A program made the position numbers and the translations under genes. From assembly GCA_030324005.1 (NCBI GenBank), contig JARDVH010000150.1, positions 25,414,147 to 25,478,146 of the forward strand: DNA of 64,000 nucleotides, given 5' to 3'. This document shows positions 1 to 13,030 of the stretch, in pieces. The notes below the pieces were generated by a model. It saw nothing but the letters and a program-made list of their open reading frames with translations. It was not told the origin of the DNA and did no database searches. Origin of the DNA: Negaprion brevirostris. Lineage: Eukaryota. Every line of letters starts with the position of its first letter. The first letter of the stretch is position 1.

Positions 1-700
1 CACACAGAGCGATCTGGGAGTACAGATCCACAGATCCTTAAAAGTGGCAGCGCAGGTGGAAAAGGTCATGAAGAAAGCATATGGCATGCTTGTCTTCATC
101 GGACGGGGTATCGAGTATGCAAAGTCAGCACGTTATTTTAAAGTTATATAAAACGTTGGTTAGGCCACATTTGGAATAATGTATCCAATTCTGGTCGCCA
201 TACTACCAGAAAGATGTTGAGGCTTTGGAGGGAGGACTGAAAAGGTTTACCAGGATGTTGCCTGGTAGGGAGGGTAAGAGCTATGAAGAGATTTTGAATA
301 AACTGGGATTGTTCTGCTTGGAAAGACGGAGGCTGAGGGACAACCTGATAGAAGTTTATAAAGTTATGAGGGGTATAGATAGGGTGAACAGTTGGAAGCT
401 TTTTCCCAGGCAGAAATGACAATTACAAGGGGGCACAAGTTCAAGGTAAGGGGGTGAAAAGGTTCAGTGGAGATGTGCAGGAGATGTTTTTTTTTACACA
501 AAGGTGGTGGGGGCCTGGAATGCACTGCCAAGTGAGATGGTTGAGGCAGACACATTAGCAACATTTAAGGCTCATCTGGATATACACAAACAGGCAGGGA
601 ATAGAGGGATACAGACGATTGGACTAGATAGTACAATGTTACCAGCGCAGGCTTGGTGGGCCAAAGGGCCAGTTCCTTTGCTGTACTGTTCTTTGTTCCA
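1..700 (+). mobile_element. CR1-clade LINE (HER1-like) 3' end of ORF2 plus 3' UTR
   Basis: YKTLVRPHLE.CIQFWSPYYQKD and RFTRMLPG..LGLFCLERRRLRDNLIEVYK motifs; typical tail ending ctgttctttgttc. Confidence 0.85.
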
Positions 701-1539
701 AGAATGAATATGTTATTAGTACTAATAAGAGCAGGTATATTACCAACTATCAAGAACATACATTATCAAGTGTCACAGGACAGTCATCGTGTCTACTGTA
801 ATAATGACAAATATGTAAATTGAACTCTGATGATTGCTGAGCACAGAGAAAGAACTGGTAGATTATGCAGGTACACTGCAAAGGCATGCCTGCGATTCCC
901 TCAATCTAATCCAAATCAGCCATGGTTCAGCAATTGATGTTAACACTGCATTTTTGTTTCTTTGCAAAGTATACTGAGGAAGCACTTAAGCATCATCTGG
1001 AGACCTTCTTTATGAGTATAATGAAGGAAGGTAGCAAACCTCTGCCCTCTTGTTCGGGGTTTATAGCCTCACAGCACGAAGAAAGCTGAAAGTGAAGGAT
1101 GAAATATAAAACTGAGTGGGAAGTGGGGAAAGATAAAATATAGGAAGTTGCATACTTAATAAAACTCCAAGTGGGTGGAGAAATTCTCCAGACTAACTTG
1201 ACCTCAGATTAAACAATTATTTCAAAATTAGAAACAAGTTACCATGGTAATGATGCAATACTTTTAATACTGCTTTTCTGATTTCTAATGTTCACTTTGG
1301 CATTTGAGAAGACTAGAGCCAGCAGGGAGTTACAACAGAAATTATACAATTTGTATTCACTTTTCTATTCAAATGAAAGATCCAATTATCTGAAACAATA
1401 ATTTACAATGACATCTTACAATGCTTTGCTGTAATGGATCCTACTTGCTGAATCACATTCACTCAAGTTGGTTAAATAGTTTTGCTGATATTAATTTTGA
1501 CTTGATTTGATAATTAAATAGCTTTGCTGATTCTACTCA

Positions 1540-2680
1540 GCCGCTTCCAAAGGTCCCCAGCATCATGGTTGTCAGTCTTCATCAAATTTGATTCACGCCA
1601 CATGAAATCAAGTAATGGCTGAAGGCACTGGATACTACAAAGGCCATACGTCTATGCCATATTCCAGCAATAGCACTTAAGCTTATGCTCCAGAACTTGC
1701 TAGTCCCCTAGCCAAGTTGTTTCAATACAGCTACAACATTGGCATCTACCCAGCAATGTGGAAAATTGACCAGGTATGTTCTACACACAAGAAACAGGAC
1801 AAATCGAATCTGGCCAATTACCAATTATCAGTAAAGTGATGGAAGGGGTCATCAACTATACTATCAAGTGGTACTTACCCAGCAATAACTTGCTGAGTTT
1901 GGGTTCTGCAAGGGTCACTCTCAATTCCTGACTTCATTACAGCATTGATTCAAAAAGGACCAAAGCGGTGAATTCTAGAGGAGAGGTGAGAGTGACTGTC
2001 CTTGACAACAAAACAGCATTTTACCAAGCATGATGTCAAGGCGTCCGAGTAAAACTGAAGTCAATGGGAAGCAGGGGAAAAGCTCAACCGGTTGGAGTCA
2101 TATCTGGCACAAAGGGAGATGGTTGCGGTAGTTGGACAATAATCTCAATTCTAGGACATCACTGCAGGACTTCTTCAGGATAGTGTTTGTCCTAGGCCCA
2201 ATCATCTTCAGCTGTTACATCAATGACCTTTCTTCCATCATAACATCGTGTTTGCTGATGACAGCACAATGTTCAGTACCATTTGTGACCCCTCAGATAC
2301 TGAAGCAGTCCATGGCCAAATGCAGCAAGACATGGACAATATAAAGCCTAGACTGACACGTGGCAAATAACATTCATTCTACACAAGTGCCAGATAATAA
2401 CTATCTCCAACAAGAGAAGATCTAACTATTGCACCTTGACATTAAATGGCATTATCATTGTTGACCACCCTGATTTGGAAATATATCGCTGTTCCTTCAT
2501 TGCCACTGGGTCAAAATCCTGGAACTCTCTCTCTAAAGCAGTGTGGGTATACCTACTCCTCAGGGATTACAGCGGTTTAAGACGGTAGCTCACCACTGCC
2601 TTCTAAGGGCAAGTAGGGATGAGCTATAAATATGGCCTAGCCAACCATGCCCATATCCCATAAATGAATTTAAAAAAAAG
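1540..2680 (+). mobile_element. Degenerate CR1/L2-group LINE reverse transcriptase and 3' end
   Basis: Remnant motifs APELASPLAKLFQYSYNIGIYPAMWK, KQDKSNLANY and VLGPIIFSCYINDL; A-rich tail. The same 3' end recurs near 13050-13380(-), 17720-18010(+) and 37610-37845(-). Confidence 0.8.
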
Positions 2681-4479
2681 GATTTTAATTGCAACTTGAT
2701 TTTCTGGTTTGGCTGCAAAAAAAATTGGTCTTTGTAGAAGTTCTTTTGGTGCACATCCATACTCCAACTTCTGCAAAAGTCAACTTACCTGAATCTCTGT
2801 TGGGAATATTTTATCTCATACCCCAGTCCCATTCACTCATCCTCTTTCACTGCCTAGGCTGAATGTCCTCAGACATACACTGGCTCCCAGCCCACCAATG
2901 CCTCCAATCAAAAATTCTAATCCTTGTGTTTCAATCCCTTTACAGCCACTTCCGCTCTATCTTTACAACTTTCTGCAGCTGTACAAATCCCCAACACCAG
3001 TCCTGTGGTTTGTAGCAGTGTGACTGAACCTTAAGTAGCCTGGAAATTTTTTTGGAAACTGGAGCAGTCTGCTCCTTCTCACTCCACAAAGACCATCCAG
3101 GCTTGATGTGCATTTCCTTCTAAACTAAAATTGAAAAATGAATCCTTATTTTTTTCCTGGGGAGGAATCACCTGACTTTGACTTGTCAATCTTCCCTCTT
3201 ATAATGCAAGTTCATAAAAGATCCCAGAGTAAAAATAAACAAAACCCCATTCAAGCTACTAAAGTAGCAATAAGAGGACTCCTAGCAGACAGACCGGCAA
3301 CAATTTAAAAAAAAATTCTAAAAAGTCCTGCTTACCACTGCAGAGAACATGATTAAAAAAAAATTTCTTCAAAGTATACTAGCGTTACACTAGGTAGATA
3401 TCGGGTCTAAATTAATTGCAGAAGCTACACTGCAACTCCCCATTAGTGGGTACATAGACTAAGAATGAGCCAGGGGATTTTCACAATAATTTCATTGCAG
3501 TGTTAATGTAAACCTACTTGTGACTAATAAATAAATAAAATAATAAAAAATGCCAGTTAGTCATTAGGGATGCCAAGTCTCCAGATATTGTAGCTTGCAG
3601 AGCAGAGGATTTTCACAATGTAAGTTTGTCACATCTAGCTTCATATCATAATTGATGGCAGAGTCAGGATCTGTGTCTTGGGAACAATGGAAACAATTGC
3701 AGGTCAAGAATCAGAAGTGCGGGTGAGGGTGGGGTGATGGTTCCTTGAGAGTTGTGGGGGTTCTCTGGAGTTGCAGCCTTTGAGACTTGATGGGAGAGAG
3801 GCTTTGGGAAATGAGGTGGTGGGGAGACGGGGGGCCAGGAGATTAAATCTTGTTAAAGGGGACTGACTGTATTGTACATAGGTGGTGAATATATTCTGGG
3901 AACAGCAGCTGTGTAGTGAGATGACAGCATCAAGTAATGAGCAACCAATAAAGGGATATGAAACTTGGGGACATTACCTTGAATACATAGGGATGAGTTT
4001 GACTGAAAGGTTCAAGAGAAAAGAAGAAGAAATGGTCTTCAATTCAGAGCTATTAGACCATGGAGTACTTCTCTATAAGTGGCTAACGAGGCAAACAAGG
4101 CCATCATTTAAAAGGGAATGGGATAAATGTTTAAGGGGGAGGAATATAAAAGGATCTAATGGAATGGGATTCATAACATAGGAGCAGAGCGATTTAGCTT
4201 CTTGAGTCTGTCTGTGACCTAACCACACTTGCTGAATGTTCCTTAATACCTTTGGTTAACAAAAATGTATCAATCTTTGTTTTTAATGTTAAGAACTGAT
4301 CAAGCATTAACTGTCATTTTCAGAAGAGAGTTTCAAGTTCTACCACTCTTTGTATGCTGAAGTGTTTCTAAACTTCACTTCCAAAAGATCTGGCTTTAAT
4401 TTTTGCACTATGCCCCAGAAGACCTAGACTTCCTAACCAATGAAAATAGTTTCTCTTTATTTAGCCTATCACTATGCCT

Positions 4480-5150
4480 TACTACCCGCAGTATTTGCAG
4501 GACACTGTTCGTGCCTATGAGGCTTTTTGTGGTTACAGCACCTACATGGTTTATTGGCATGTTTAGATTTTGTTCCATAAGGTCTTTTTAGCTCCAGAGT
4601 GTCTTTGGCATGTTTTGCTTAATAAATTAGACCCTCACTGGGGGGTATTCTGAACTAGAATTTGTCTTTTCTCTTGGTATGGCCCTATTTTGCTGATGGA
4701 TGTCTAATTGTCTGACTACCTATAATGCCTTCTCCAAAGTTATATCTTCTTTGGATTGCAGTGGGTCAGAAAGTGTATCATTAGTTAATGATGTGGTTCT
4801 GTATCAGGTCATATTTAAGAGTACTCACTATATTCATAGAGTTCAACCAATCGACATAGGTCATTGGTAAAGGTATCCACCGGTTCGCAAGGTTTCCGGA
4901 CTCATTTGCAAAACTTGGCTCTCACATCTTATTACTCCGTAGGTTAAAAAAATAATCAAAAGTTTTTGAGACCTCTCTGAATTTGTGTGATGTTTCATTA
5001 ATGCCTTGGCCTTCTATCACATCATCAACAATTGCACCAATGGAGTACAATAAATGTATTGGTTTCTTCAGCCTCTGATTTATTATGTGATCCAGATGCA
5101 ATTCTGAATCTGAAAAATCACTTCCTCCTTTGGAAGTGATTTTGAGCCCA
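4480..5150 (-). mobile_element. Gypsy-like LTR retrotransposon gag remnant
   Basis: LLYSIGAIVDDVI..FDYFFNLRSNK..RAKF..PVDTF..SDPLQSKEDITLEKA and a knuckle-like RCCNHKKPHRHEQCPA; stops and frameshifts. Confidence 0.6.
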
Positions 5151-5329
5151 CACACTGTCTGCAGGAATGGCAGCCTGTGCTTAAAATCCAGAGAGCATGA
5201 CTCGTACTGGTGGGTTTCCGAGTTTCACTGTTCCCAACTCCTCACCAGTGGAGTGACCTGAAATATGCCAAGAGACCAGAGACTGCTCATTGTAATATAT
5301 TACCATATCACTAGTGACCACTCTCTCCA

Positions 5330-7145
5330 GGATGTGCCCCCACACCGGGTATTCAGCAGGGGCAGGCGCTATTTACAACAGAAGCATTAACCTGGCACCT
5401 TCACCTCCGAGGTAGATTTTGGAGAGGAGCGCTCAGGCAGCTTGCACCCTTCATGGTGTGCACTGCTCAGGCTGCACCAGGGAGGACTCGGGGGACATGG
5501 ATAGTTTCAGTGTGGGGCCAGGAGTCAGGGACCCAGAATTGCCCTTCACAGACAGGGGTCAGGTAGGTCATTTGCAGGCCTTACTTGCACTGCCATTCTC
5601 ATACTCAGATGGAATGAGGTGCTGGATAAGCACAATGCTTTTCCCAAGCTTGGTGGCATGACCAGACAGGGCCAAGTCTTCTTGGGAGAACTAAGTGAAA
5701 TTTATTGATGAACATTCAGAACAAAATGGTGACCTATCTTCACCTGTGCCTATATTTATCTGTGCCCACTAAGTGCCTACAGTTTCTTAATCTTCCTCAT
5801 CCTCCCACTATGTTTAGGTCTACGCAGGATCCACAGCTGAGGTTGAAGTGACCTGCTGACATCCACACCCTTTTGCCTGAGATTACTTTGATGGGCGTCC
5901 CCTGCAAAGTCTGAGACCTTGAGGGTCCAGGCCTGCTTTCGGGTAGAANNNNNNNNNNNNNNNNNNNNNNNNNNNNNNNNNNNNNNNNNNNNNNNNNNNN
6001 NNNNNNNNNNNNNNNNNNNNNNNNNNNNNNNNNNNNNNNNNNNNNNNNGCAACTCGTGGGCCGAAGGGCCTGTTTGTGCTGTAGTGTTCTATGTTCTATG
6101 TTCTAAAACCTCTCCAAAGTGCTGGAGTCCAATGATGCCAAAGGGCACCAGGATACTCTGGCCTGTTCCGGTTGGCGACTTGCAAGAGGAGGGACATGCC
6201 ATTACAGGGGATACGGAGGGAACATTGACACCATTGCTGACTTGAGACTTGAGGAATGACAGCATTTGTGCTAAGGATTCTCACGTTCCTCTGCTAGTCC
6301 CACTTCACCAGCAACACAGCCATGCTCTTCCCCAGCCCAGTCAGAGCTCACTCCTCGAAGCATGAAAGGGTTCTCAGCTTGGGCATGATTCCAGCTGGCT
6401 CTGCCCACTGATACCTTTTGTGCTCTAGCTTGTTTGCAATGACACAGAGAGGAAGATTGTAGATGGGAGTGTGGACATTTAAGAGGGTGATGAGATGTGG
6501 CACACATGAGGTTTGGGTGGGAGCTGGATTGTGAGGAGCATAGCAGCTACTGGGGGAACATAGTGATTATGGAAGGGAAGGGGGGACTGATGCTTGGCGT
6601 TGGCAGAGACCAAAGTAGCTGAGTGCGAGAAGGGATTGGGGGTACAAGGGGGTCCAGTGGGAAACTGTGGGGGTTCACTTGTCATGACTGAGTGAAGATC
6701 ATTATCTTCTGATACTGCTACCCCATCCTATTCTGTTGTGCACAAGCATAGAACAAGGTTTCCACGGTGTCTCTGGCAGAGGTGGTCACCCTATTGGATG
6801 ACTGTGTCCAGGAGCATGGTATAGGGATTCCTGCTGCTGTGCCATTCCATTGAGTACTCAGGTGAGGGCTCCCTCTGTGAAGCGCAGTGCTGCCTTTGTG
6901 ACTGCAATCCCCTGCAGTCGTTTCAGAACAAGTGCCGGGGAGCCGTTTATATGGAGCTCCCCAGTGCTTGCAACAGTTAAGCCGTTATGCAACCTGTGAA
7001 TCAGAGGGGACACACCAGAAACTTGTGGGAATAAAATTAATACCAATGAGCCATAAGATTTGGGCCAAAAATTGCCAGTGCTGTCGGTGTGCAACACTCA
7101 GTTTTTCATGGCCAGTCTGCCATTTTTCAGCAAGATTCCATTCAT
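5330..7145 (-). mobile_element. Probable decayed Harbinger/PIF-type element (Myb/SANT-like ORF remnant), interrupted by a gap and a CR1 tail
   Basis: GC-richer block resembling the Myb-type copies at 11.1 kb and 22 kb; only weak motif remnants. Confidence 0.35.
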
Positions 7146-7642
7146 AATGTCCAACTCTGTGTCTGGTCTGTCTGTTCTATATGTCCAAATCATATTGACA
7201 AAGTAAATTTGGAATCCGTAGCAATTTTCAGCTCTTAGGAGGCTTGCCTTGATTTATAGATCTTCTGTTGCAATAATGGAGTTTCTCCATGCTGGACAAA
7301 CTTTTATGGAAACCCGCTGTCGTTCATTTTTTGGCGTCGTTCTTTACTTTGCTGGTTTTATAAATTAATAAATGGAAGTAATTATTTATGCCAGTTAAAT
7401 GCTTTATTCCCTTTGGGGAATCATTTTGAGCAGCCATTTTTTTCAATTGCTGCCAAGTGGTTGCCATGTGTAATGGCACTGACCTTAGACTCCAGCTGCG
7501 AGGTGGATTGACCCACGCTCATTAAAATGGGATTTCTCCCAGTGCTGCCTGCTCAATGTGCCATAACTTCAAAGCTTTGAAACCTTTTTTTCAGATTTGT
7601 TTAGACTTCTTTGATCATCACCAATTTCTTTGACTCTGCTTA

Positions 7643-8052
7643 TGAGACTTCTTCATGCTAAATAGTTATGCGACCCCCAAGTGGTCCACATTCAACTTCT
7701 TAGAAGGATAAGTGGCGAACAGTCACACGAGATTGAGCAATAATAGGTCTGTGATGCCGTTAGATGTCTGGGGCTGCATACACATTACACTAAATGGACC
7801 AGCATGTGTATACTCCATGTCGCCAGGTGCAGGTAATCTGTTGAACCTCATTCGTGATGGGGATAGGGAATTGCAATTATTTCCCTTGAATGAGGAATTT
7901 CCAGTAAGTGTGGGTCATAAACTCACGTTGATTAAGTTCCTGCCCTTTGTACAGGGACCGGCGCAAGATGAACAAAAGCTAAAGCATTTGCCAAGAATGT
8001 TTTCATTAATCAAAAACGAAAGTCGGAGGTTCAAAGACAATCAGATACTGTC
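7643..8052 (+). pseudogene. Degenerate, rearranged 18S rRNA pseudogene fragment (two non-collinear pieces, 7643-7953 and 7955-8052)
   Basis: Near-universal SSU motifs GCAATAAtAGGTCTGTGATGCCgTTAGATG, GATTAAGTtCCTGCCCTTTGTACA and AAAGCATTTGCCAAGAATGTTTTCATTAATCAA..ACGAAAGTCGGAGGTTC; many CpG-to-TpG/CpA changes. Confidence 0.9.
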
Positions 8053-8069
8053 ACAGAATTGGGTGAAAT

Positions 8070-8375
8070 GCTGGCACAGTGGTTAGCACTGCTGCCTCTC
8101 AGCTCTAGGGACCTGGGTTTGATCCCCCGTTTAGGTCACTGTCCATGTGGAGTTTGCACATTCTCCCCATGTCTGTGTGGGTTTCCTTCAGCTGCTCTGG
8201 TTTCCTCCCAGAGTCCAAAATGTGCAGATTAGATGGATTGGCCATGCTAAATGCACAGGGTTAGAGGGATAGGATGGAGGGGAGGGTCTGAGTGGGATGC
8301 TCTTTTTGAGAATCAGTGCAGAATCAATGGGCCAAATGGCCTCCTTCTGAACTGTAGGGATTCTGTGATTCTATG
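8070..8375 (+). mobile_element. tRNA-derived V-SINE (HE1-like)
   Basis: A-box GGCACAGTGGTTAGCAC, B-box-like GGGTTTGATCCCC, V-domain GTGGAGTTTGCACATTCTCCCC..GGTTTCCTCCCA..TCCAAA, CR1-type tail gattctatga. Confidence 0.85.
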
Positions 8376-8752
8376 AAAGATGTGAGGTGATACATTTTGG
8401 GAGGACTAACAAGGCAGGGGACACACAATGAACAATAGGACGCACGGAAGGACACAGAACCAGTGGAAGCACCAGAAAATACTCNNNNNNNNNNNNNNNN
8501 NNNNNNNNNNNNNNNNNNNNNNNNNNNNNNNNNNNNNNNNNNNNNNNNNNNNNNNNNNNNNNNNNNNNNNNNNNNNNNNNNNNNAGCCTTAGTAAAAACA
8601 GTTCATTTCTTCTCTGCTTCTCAACTGCAACATCTTCTAAGGAGCTTTTCTGGCAATTTTCTATTGCCTTCCCATTTTCAGTTTTTCATGCTTTTTTCAG
8701 GTCAGACTGCCAACTTTTTCAAAGTTGACTTTCAGAGATTGGGGTCCTTCAA

Positions 8753-8992
8753 TGCTGCCACCATATTGTGATTGGCAAAGGAATAGATTCAGAGACATAG
8801 CTGTCTGGACAATAACTGGTTTATTAAAAGAATGTTACTATTTACAGATGTACAAGACTACAGGTCTAAGTCATTAGCTTTTTCCAACTAGACTCCTGGT
8901 CATATGAGTCCCTCTTGCATCAGCGTGTGGGTGGTACTGTTTCTTCAGTCCGTCACATTAACTCTTTCAGCCCTGAACATTCTAAAATCACA
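8753..8992 (-). mobile_element. 5' LTR (8767-8992) of an LTR retrotransposon with adjacent primer-binding site
   Basis: Perfect 7-bp inverted termini TGTGATT...AATCACA, AATAAA on the minus strand, and TGGTGGCAGCA (tRNA-Leu-type PBS) 3 nt downstream on the minus strand. Confidence 0.65.
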
Positions 8993-9324
8993 CCTCCAAT
9001 TAGAGTTGGCCAATCTAATGGCAGTATTAGGGCAATTCAGAGTCTCAGTGTCTCAGGATTGGAGAAGAGAGCTAGAAAGTGGCCATGTGAGAATTTTATC
9101 ATGATGACAGAATTGAGCTTCGCATTGAGACTCCTGCTGTTGAATTGCCAGCTGACATTCGCTGTCAAGCTCCATGCACAAAGAACAAGTATCTGGTTAA
9201 TGAACCAGAGAAACTCAGCTCTCCTGAAACCAGCAAGAGGCCATTTTCATTTCAGGTCAGAGAAATTGGCAAGGATAAAAAGCAATGTCAGAATCAGTCA
9301 TACACTGTTTAGTTGTGAAAATGA

Positions 9325-9672
9325 CTAGGCTAGTAATCCAGAGGCCTCTGCTCATGTTCTGAGAACATGGGTTCAAATCCCATCATGTCTACAAGTGGAA
9401 TTGAAATTCATTTTGCTAATAAATATCTGGAATATAAAATCAGTCTCAGTAATGCAAACATGAAACTATCATTGATTATTCTTAAAGAAAATCCTTCTAC
9501 CTCACTAATATCTGCTATCCTTCTGGTCTGGCCCACATATGTCTCCAGACCTACAGCATTGTGGTTAGACTTAACTGTCCTTTAAAATGGCAAGCCAATC
9601 AGTTTTGGGGCAATTATGATTAGGGATCAAATGTTGCCCTTGTCAGTGATACTGACATCTCATGGAAAAAAA
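9325..9672 (+). mobile_element. tRNA-derived SINE with CR1/L2-type tail (same family as 12255-12595)
   Basis: TAATCCAGAG..GGGTTCAAATCCCA B-box shared with the 12.3-kb copy; A-rich tail. Confidence 0.65.
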
Positions 9673-11119
9673 AGGAAGTTATGAGCTATGTTATCAGTGC
9701 TGATTTAATCAGAAGAATAGAAAATTGCCATTGAATATATTTTGAATTGAAATATATTTTTCATCTGGATTTCAGGCAGTATAAGAATGTTTTCAACTTT
9801 CCATGCTTACAGATTCCCTGTGCAAAATCAGATTGAGTTAATAGTTAGCACGACACAATAAAGCACAAGTAACATTTTGTTTCATAATTATTTTACAACT
9901 ATAATTTTCTTCAGAAATTTCCATCATTTTCAACACAATGAAACAGGTGTAGAATGTAAAGTGACTTTTGATAGAAAATTGATGCATGTCCCCTATAATT
10001 TCCAGTTGAAACTTTAAATGTTATTATGTTGTGCTTGCGAATTTTTAGTTACACTTTTGGATGGTAATTATTTTATACTGAAACACAAGCACATTTGACA
10101 AGTTTCCTGACAATCTGACTCAGAAGAATGTAAACCTTTGTTGCTATGGCTTGGTGACAAGTTTTTAGCAAATAGTTTTTTTTAGAAATGGTTTGATGTT
10201 CTGTGTTGGTTTGTCTTTTACTGTTTGTGTTTTGGATCATTAGAAAGTGATTACTGCAGCTTTAATAGGTTATGGCTGGATGATGCTCTTAATTAAGTCA
10301 GACACTGCTTCATTAAAATCTTTCTACATGGATATTATCATCTTTAACTCGACCAAAGGAAGGTGAATTATGCTTCTTTTAGGTCAATTTTATCACGCGC
10401 TACTCTCATGAAAGTACTAGGATATACTCAGTGGGCACTGGAAAATCCCCACCGTATCATCCAAGTGGCTATGTATGGATCAAAGCAATGCACGCAAACA
10501 TTTCTGCCCCGTGGCCCATCACAGACAAGCTGAATTGTACCCTCATGTGATACCAATTTATCATTAAAGATCATTGGATAATGATCAGAACAGAACAGAA
10601 ATCCTACCTCATTTTCTCCCTTCCATTCATGGACACCTAGTTGTAGCACCTAACCTTGGTTACGATAAACCAATTGAAAACAGATTAGAAACAAAGCGTA
10701 GGTCCCCTAAAATCTCAATGGCATAGTGCTAAGTAGCGCAGTACTTTTACTTGTTTAGCATTCTAATTGTTAGTCTATTGATCTGGTCCAAATAAGGGAA
10801 GGTAGTAATACGTAGCTATCCCACTGCGGCCTTCCTATCTTCTTCAGCATTCACAAAATTTTATCATTGCCAAAATTGTCAATCCTAGAGTTACAGTAAC
10901 AAAAAAGTACATTTCTTTCAACTTATGTATAAAACAAATTAAAATCAGTAATCTAAAGGTACATCTGATTAAAACTTCCCAAATGCTGAGCAAAATGCAG
11001 AGAATGGTAAGCGTGGCAGCTTCCTCACAGAGAGTTAAAATTACAGGGAACAGTAGTGTTGAGGACATGCTCATCAACTAGCAATCCAGAGGCTTGCACC
11101 AAGAATTCAGAAAAATTGA

Positions 11120-13030
11120 GGGATAAATTGAATAGCCCCTCCAAAACATTGCAATTAACTCACATTCATTGGATGCAATCCAGGCCATCTTCTGCTGCCT
11201 GCTCGCTTAAATGATTTGTGTAGGCAGCCGGTGCTAAATATACTGTTGATTAACTGCACAACTCAGCAGGGACCTCAAAACTGATAGTTACAAGAACCAC
11301 TTGAAGCTATTCTGCATTGCTTAAAGAAAAAGTTCTTTATGACTGGAGCAAGTGTTGGGAATCCTGTGGAAGCAGATGACATGGAAAAGTCAGTAGAATG
11401 GCTGAACATGGGAGAGTACAGATCCTCAGGTTTTCTTACACTGCACTGGAGGTGGTTAATCAAAATTGAAAACAGTGCGACAAAAGTTTAATGGCCTCAC
11501 ACAAGTGGTCAGCATCAATGCATTTTTAAATGTTATATCTTACCATTGCACCACTCATCTCATCATGTCATCTTCATTGACGTAACAGCAACTTCTATCG
11601 ACCAAAACTCATCCTCTTATTCATGTGCTTTATTCAACTTTAGCGCTTAGCACTGCTGCAAGCCTCACATTCACATCTCAGTTTGCAATTAGTCAACATT
11701 ACCCAAATATATTGCATAATACTCACTGATGCATTCCCTCCTTTTAGGAGATAGCGGCACACATGCAAAGGCAACACATACTAATCAGAGGAGGAGAGGT
11801 GCTTGAGCTCCAATGGAGGAGATAGCGCTCAAAATTATCAGAACCTCGTTGATGAAGTTGTGCCTAGCAGCAGGACTGAAATCACTGAAGATTACAGTAT
11901 CCTTATTCCTTACCTCATCCCACCACCCCTCCTCTCAACCCATCATTACCCCATGGCTTCTTTCTTTCAGATCCCAAGAAATGCAACCCAGAAGAAAAAC
12001 ACCAAGAGAGCACTGTCAGTCATTTTCACATTTGCAATCACCAACTCTGATGTTGACACTGCACTTAAAAGATAGATTGGAGGCAGGATCTGCAATTGGT
12101 GAGAAGCTGGGCACAAGATTTCTGCAGCCAGGACATGAGGTAAGGATAGCAAAGATACCAGCTGACCAGAGATCTGGTTCAAATACAAGCTCTGCTGCAG
12201 AGGACTCAGAAGAACATTTCAATGGGACAGAGTATGGAGGAATGTCCTGCATGAGGTAATGATGTAATGTTCTAGTCACTGGACAAATAATCCAGAGATC
12301 CAGGATAAAGTTTTGGAGACCTGGGTTCAAATCCCAATACAGCAGATGGTCAAATTTGAATTCAATAAAAATTTGGAATTAAAAGTTTAATGATGTCTAA
12401 TTAGTCAATGTTGATTGTCATAGAAACCCATCTGGTGACTCATGTCCTTCAAGGAACCAGTCTGGCTTACATGTGACTCTTAATTACCCTCTGAAATAGC
12501 CTAACAAACCATTCAGTTCAAAGGCAATCAGGGAGGGATGAGTAATAAATGCTGGCCCAGCCGGAGATGCCCAAATCTCATGAACGAAAAAAAAACCCAA
12601 AATGCTTGGCGCATCTACCATAAAGCCTGTATTCAATGTCAAAGAGAATGGGGAAGTCCAACACAAACTTGGCACAGGATGGTGTGCAGAACTCAAGTCC
12701 ATTCTTTCCACTGCTGCTGCCCATGCCAAGAAAGCGCAGTCTGAAGCTGCACCTTTTAGGTCCAGAGCTGCTTGAAGTCACCTTACAAGACCATCTGCAG
12801 TCTCCTCCACTAAAAGTCTGTTGCCTTCCATGAACCATATTACAACCACCGGAAGCACTACCTATAGGACAAGAACTAGCAACATTCTTTTGCCTGAATT
12901 GCAAGACAAGGAGAAATTAAGGAATAAAGGCATAAGCATACCATAAAAGGAAAAGTATGTTTATCAAGAATTCCAGGAACATCATATGCGTATTTGATGC
13001 TGTAAAAAGTTATTTGCTTTAATTTCTCCG
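11120..13030 (+). mobile_element. Decayed Harbinger/PIF-type Myb/SANT-like ORF region
   Basis: Frameshifted remnants RFSYTALEV..FNGLTQVV and EIAAHMQRQ..GG..PMEEIALKII, typical of Harbinger accessory Myb/SANT proteins. Confidence 0.55.
12255..12595 (+). mobile_element. tRNA-derived SINE nested in the Harbinger remnant
   Basis: B-box GGGTTCAAATCCC; tail ATAAATGCTGGCCCAGCC..ATGAACG(A)n similar to the LINE 3' end at 2600-2680. Confidence 0.7.

Noticed and set aside
7712-8086. 124-aa ORF
   Set aside because: Chance translation of the 18S rRNA pseudogene.
10383-10650. Possible isolated exon after ttcttttag with open frames on both strands
   Set aside because: No recognisable protein similarity, no convincing donor site or partner exons.
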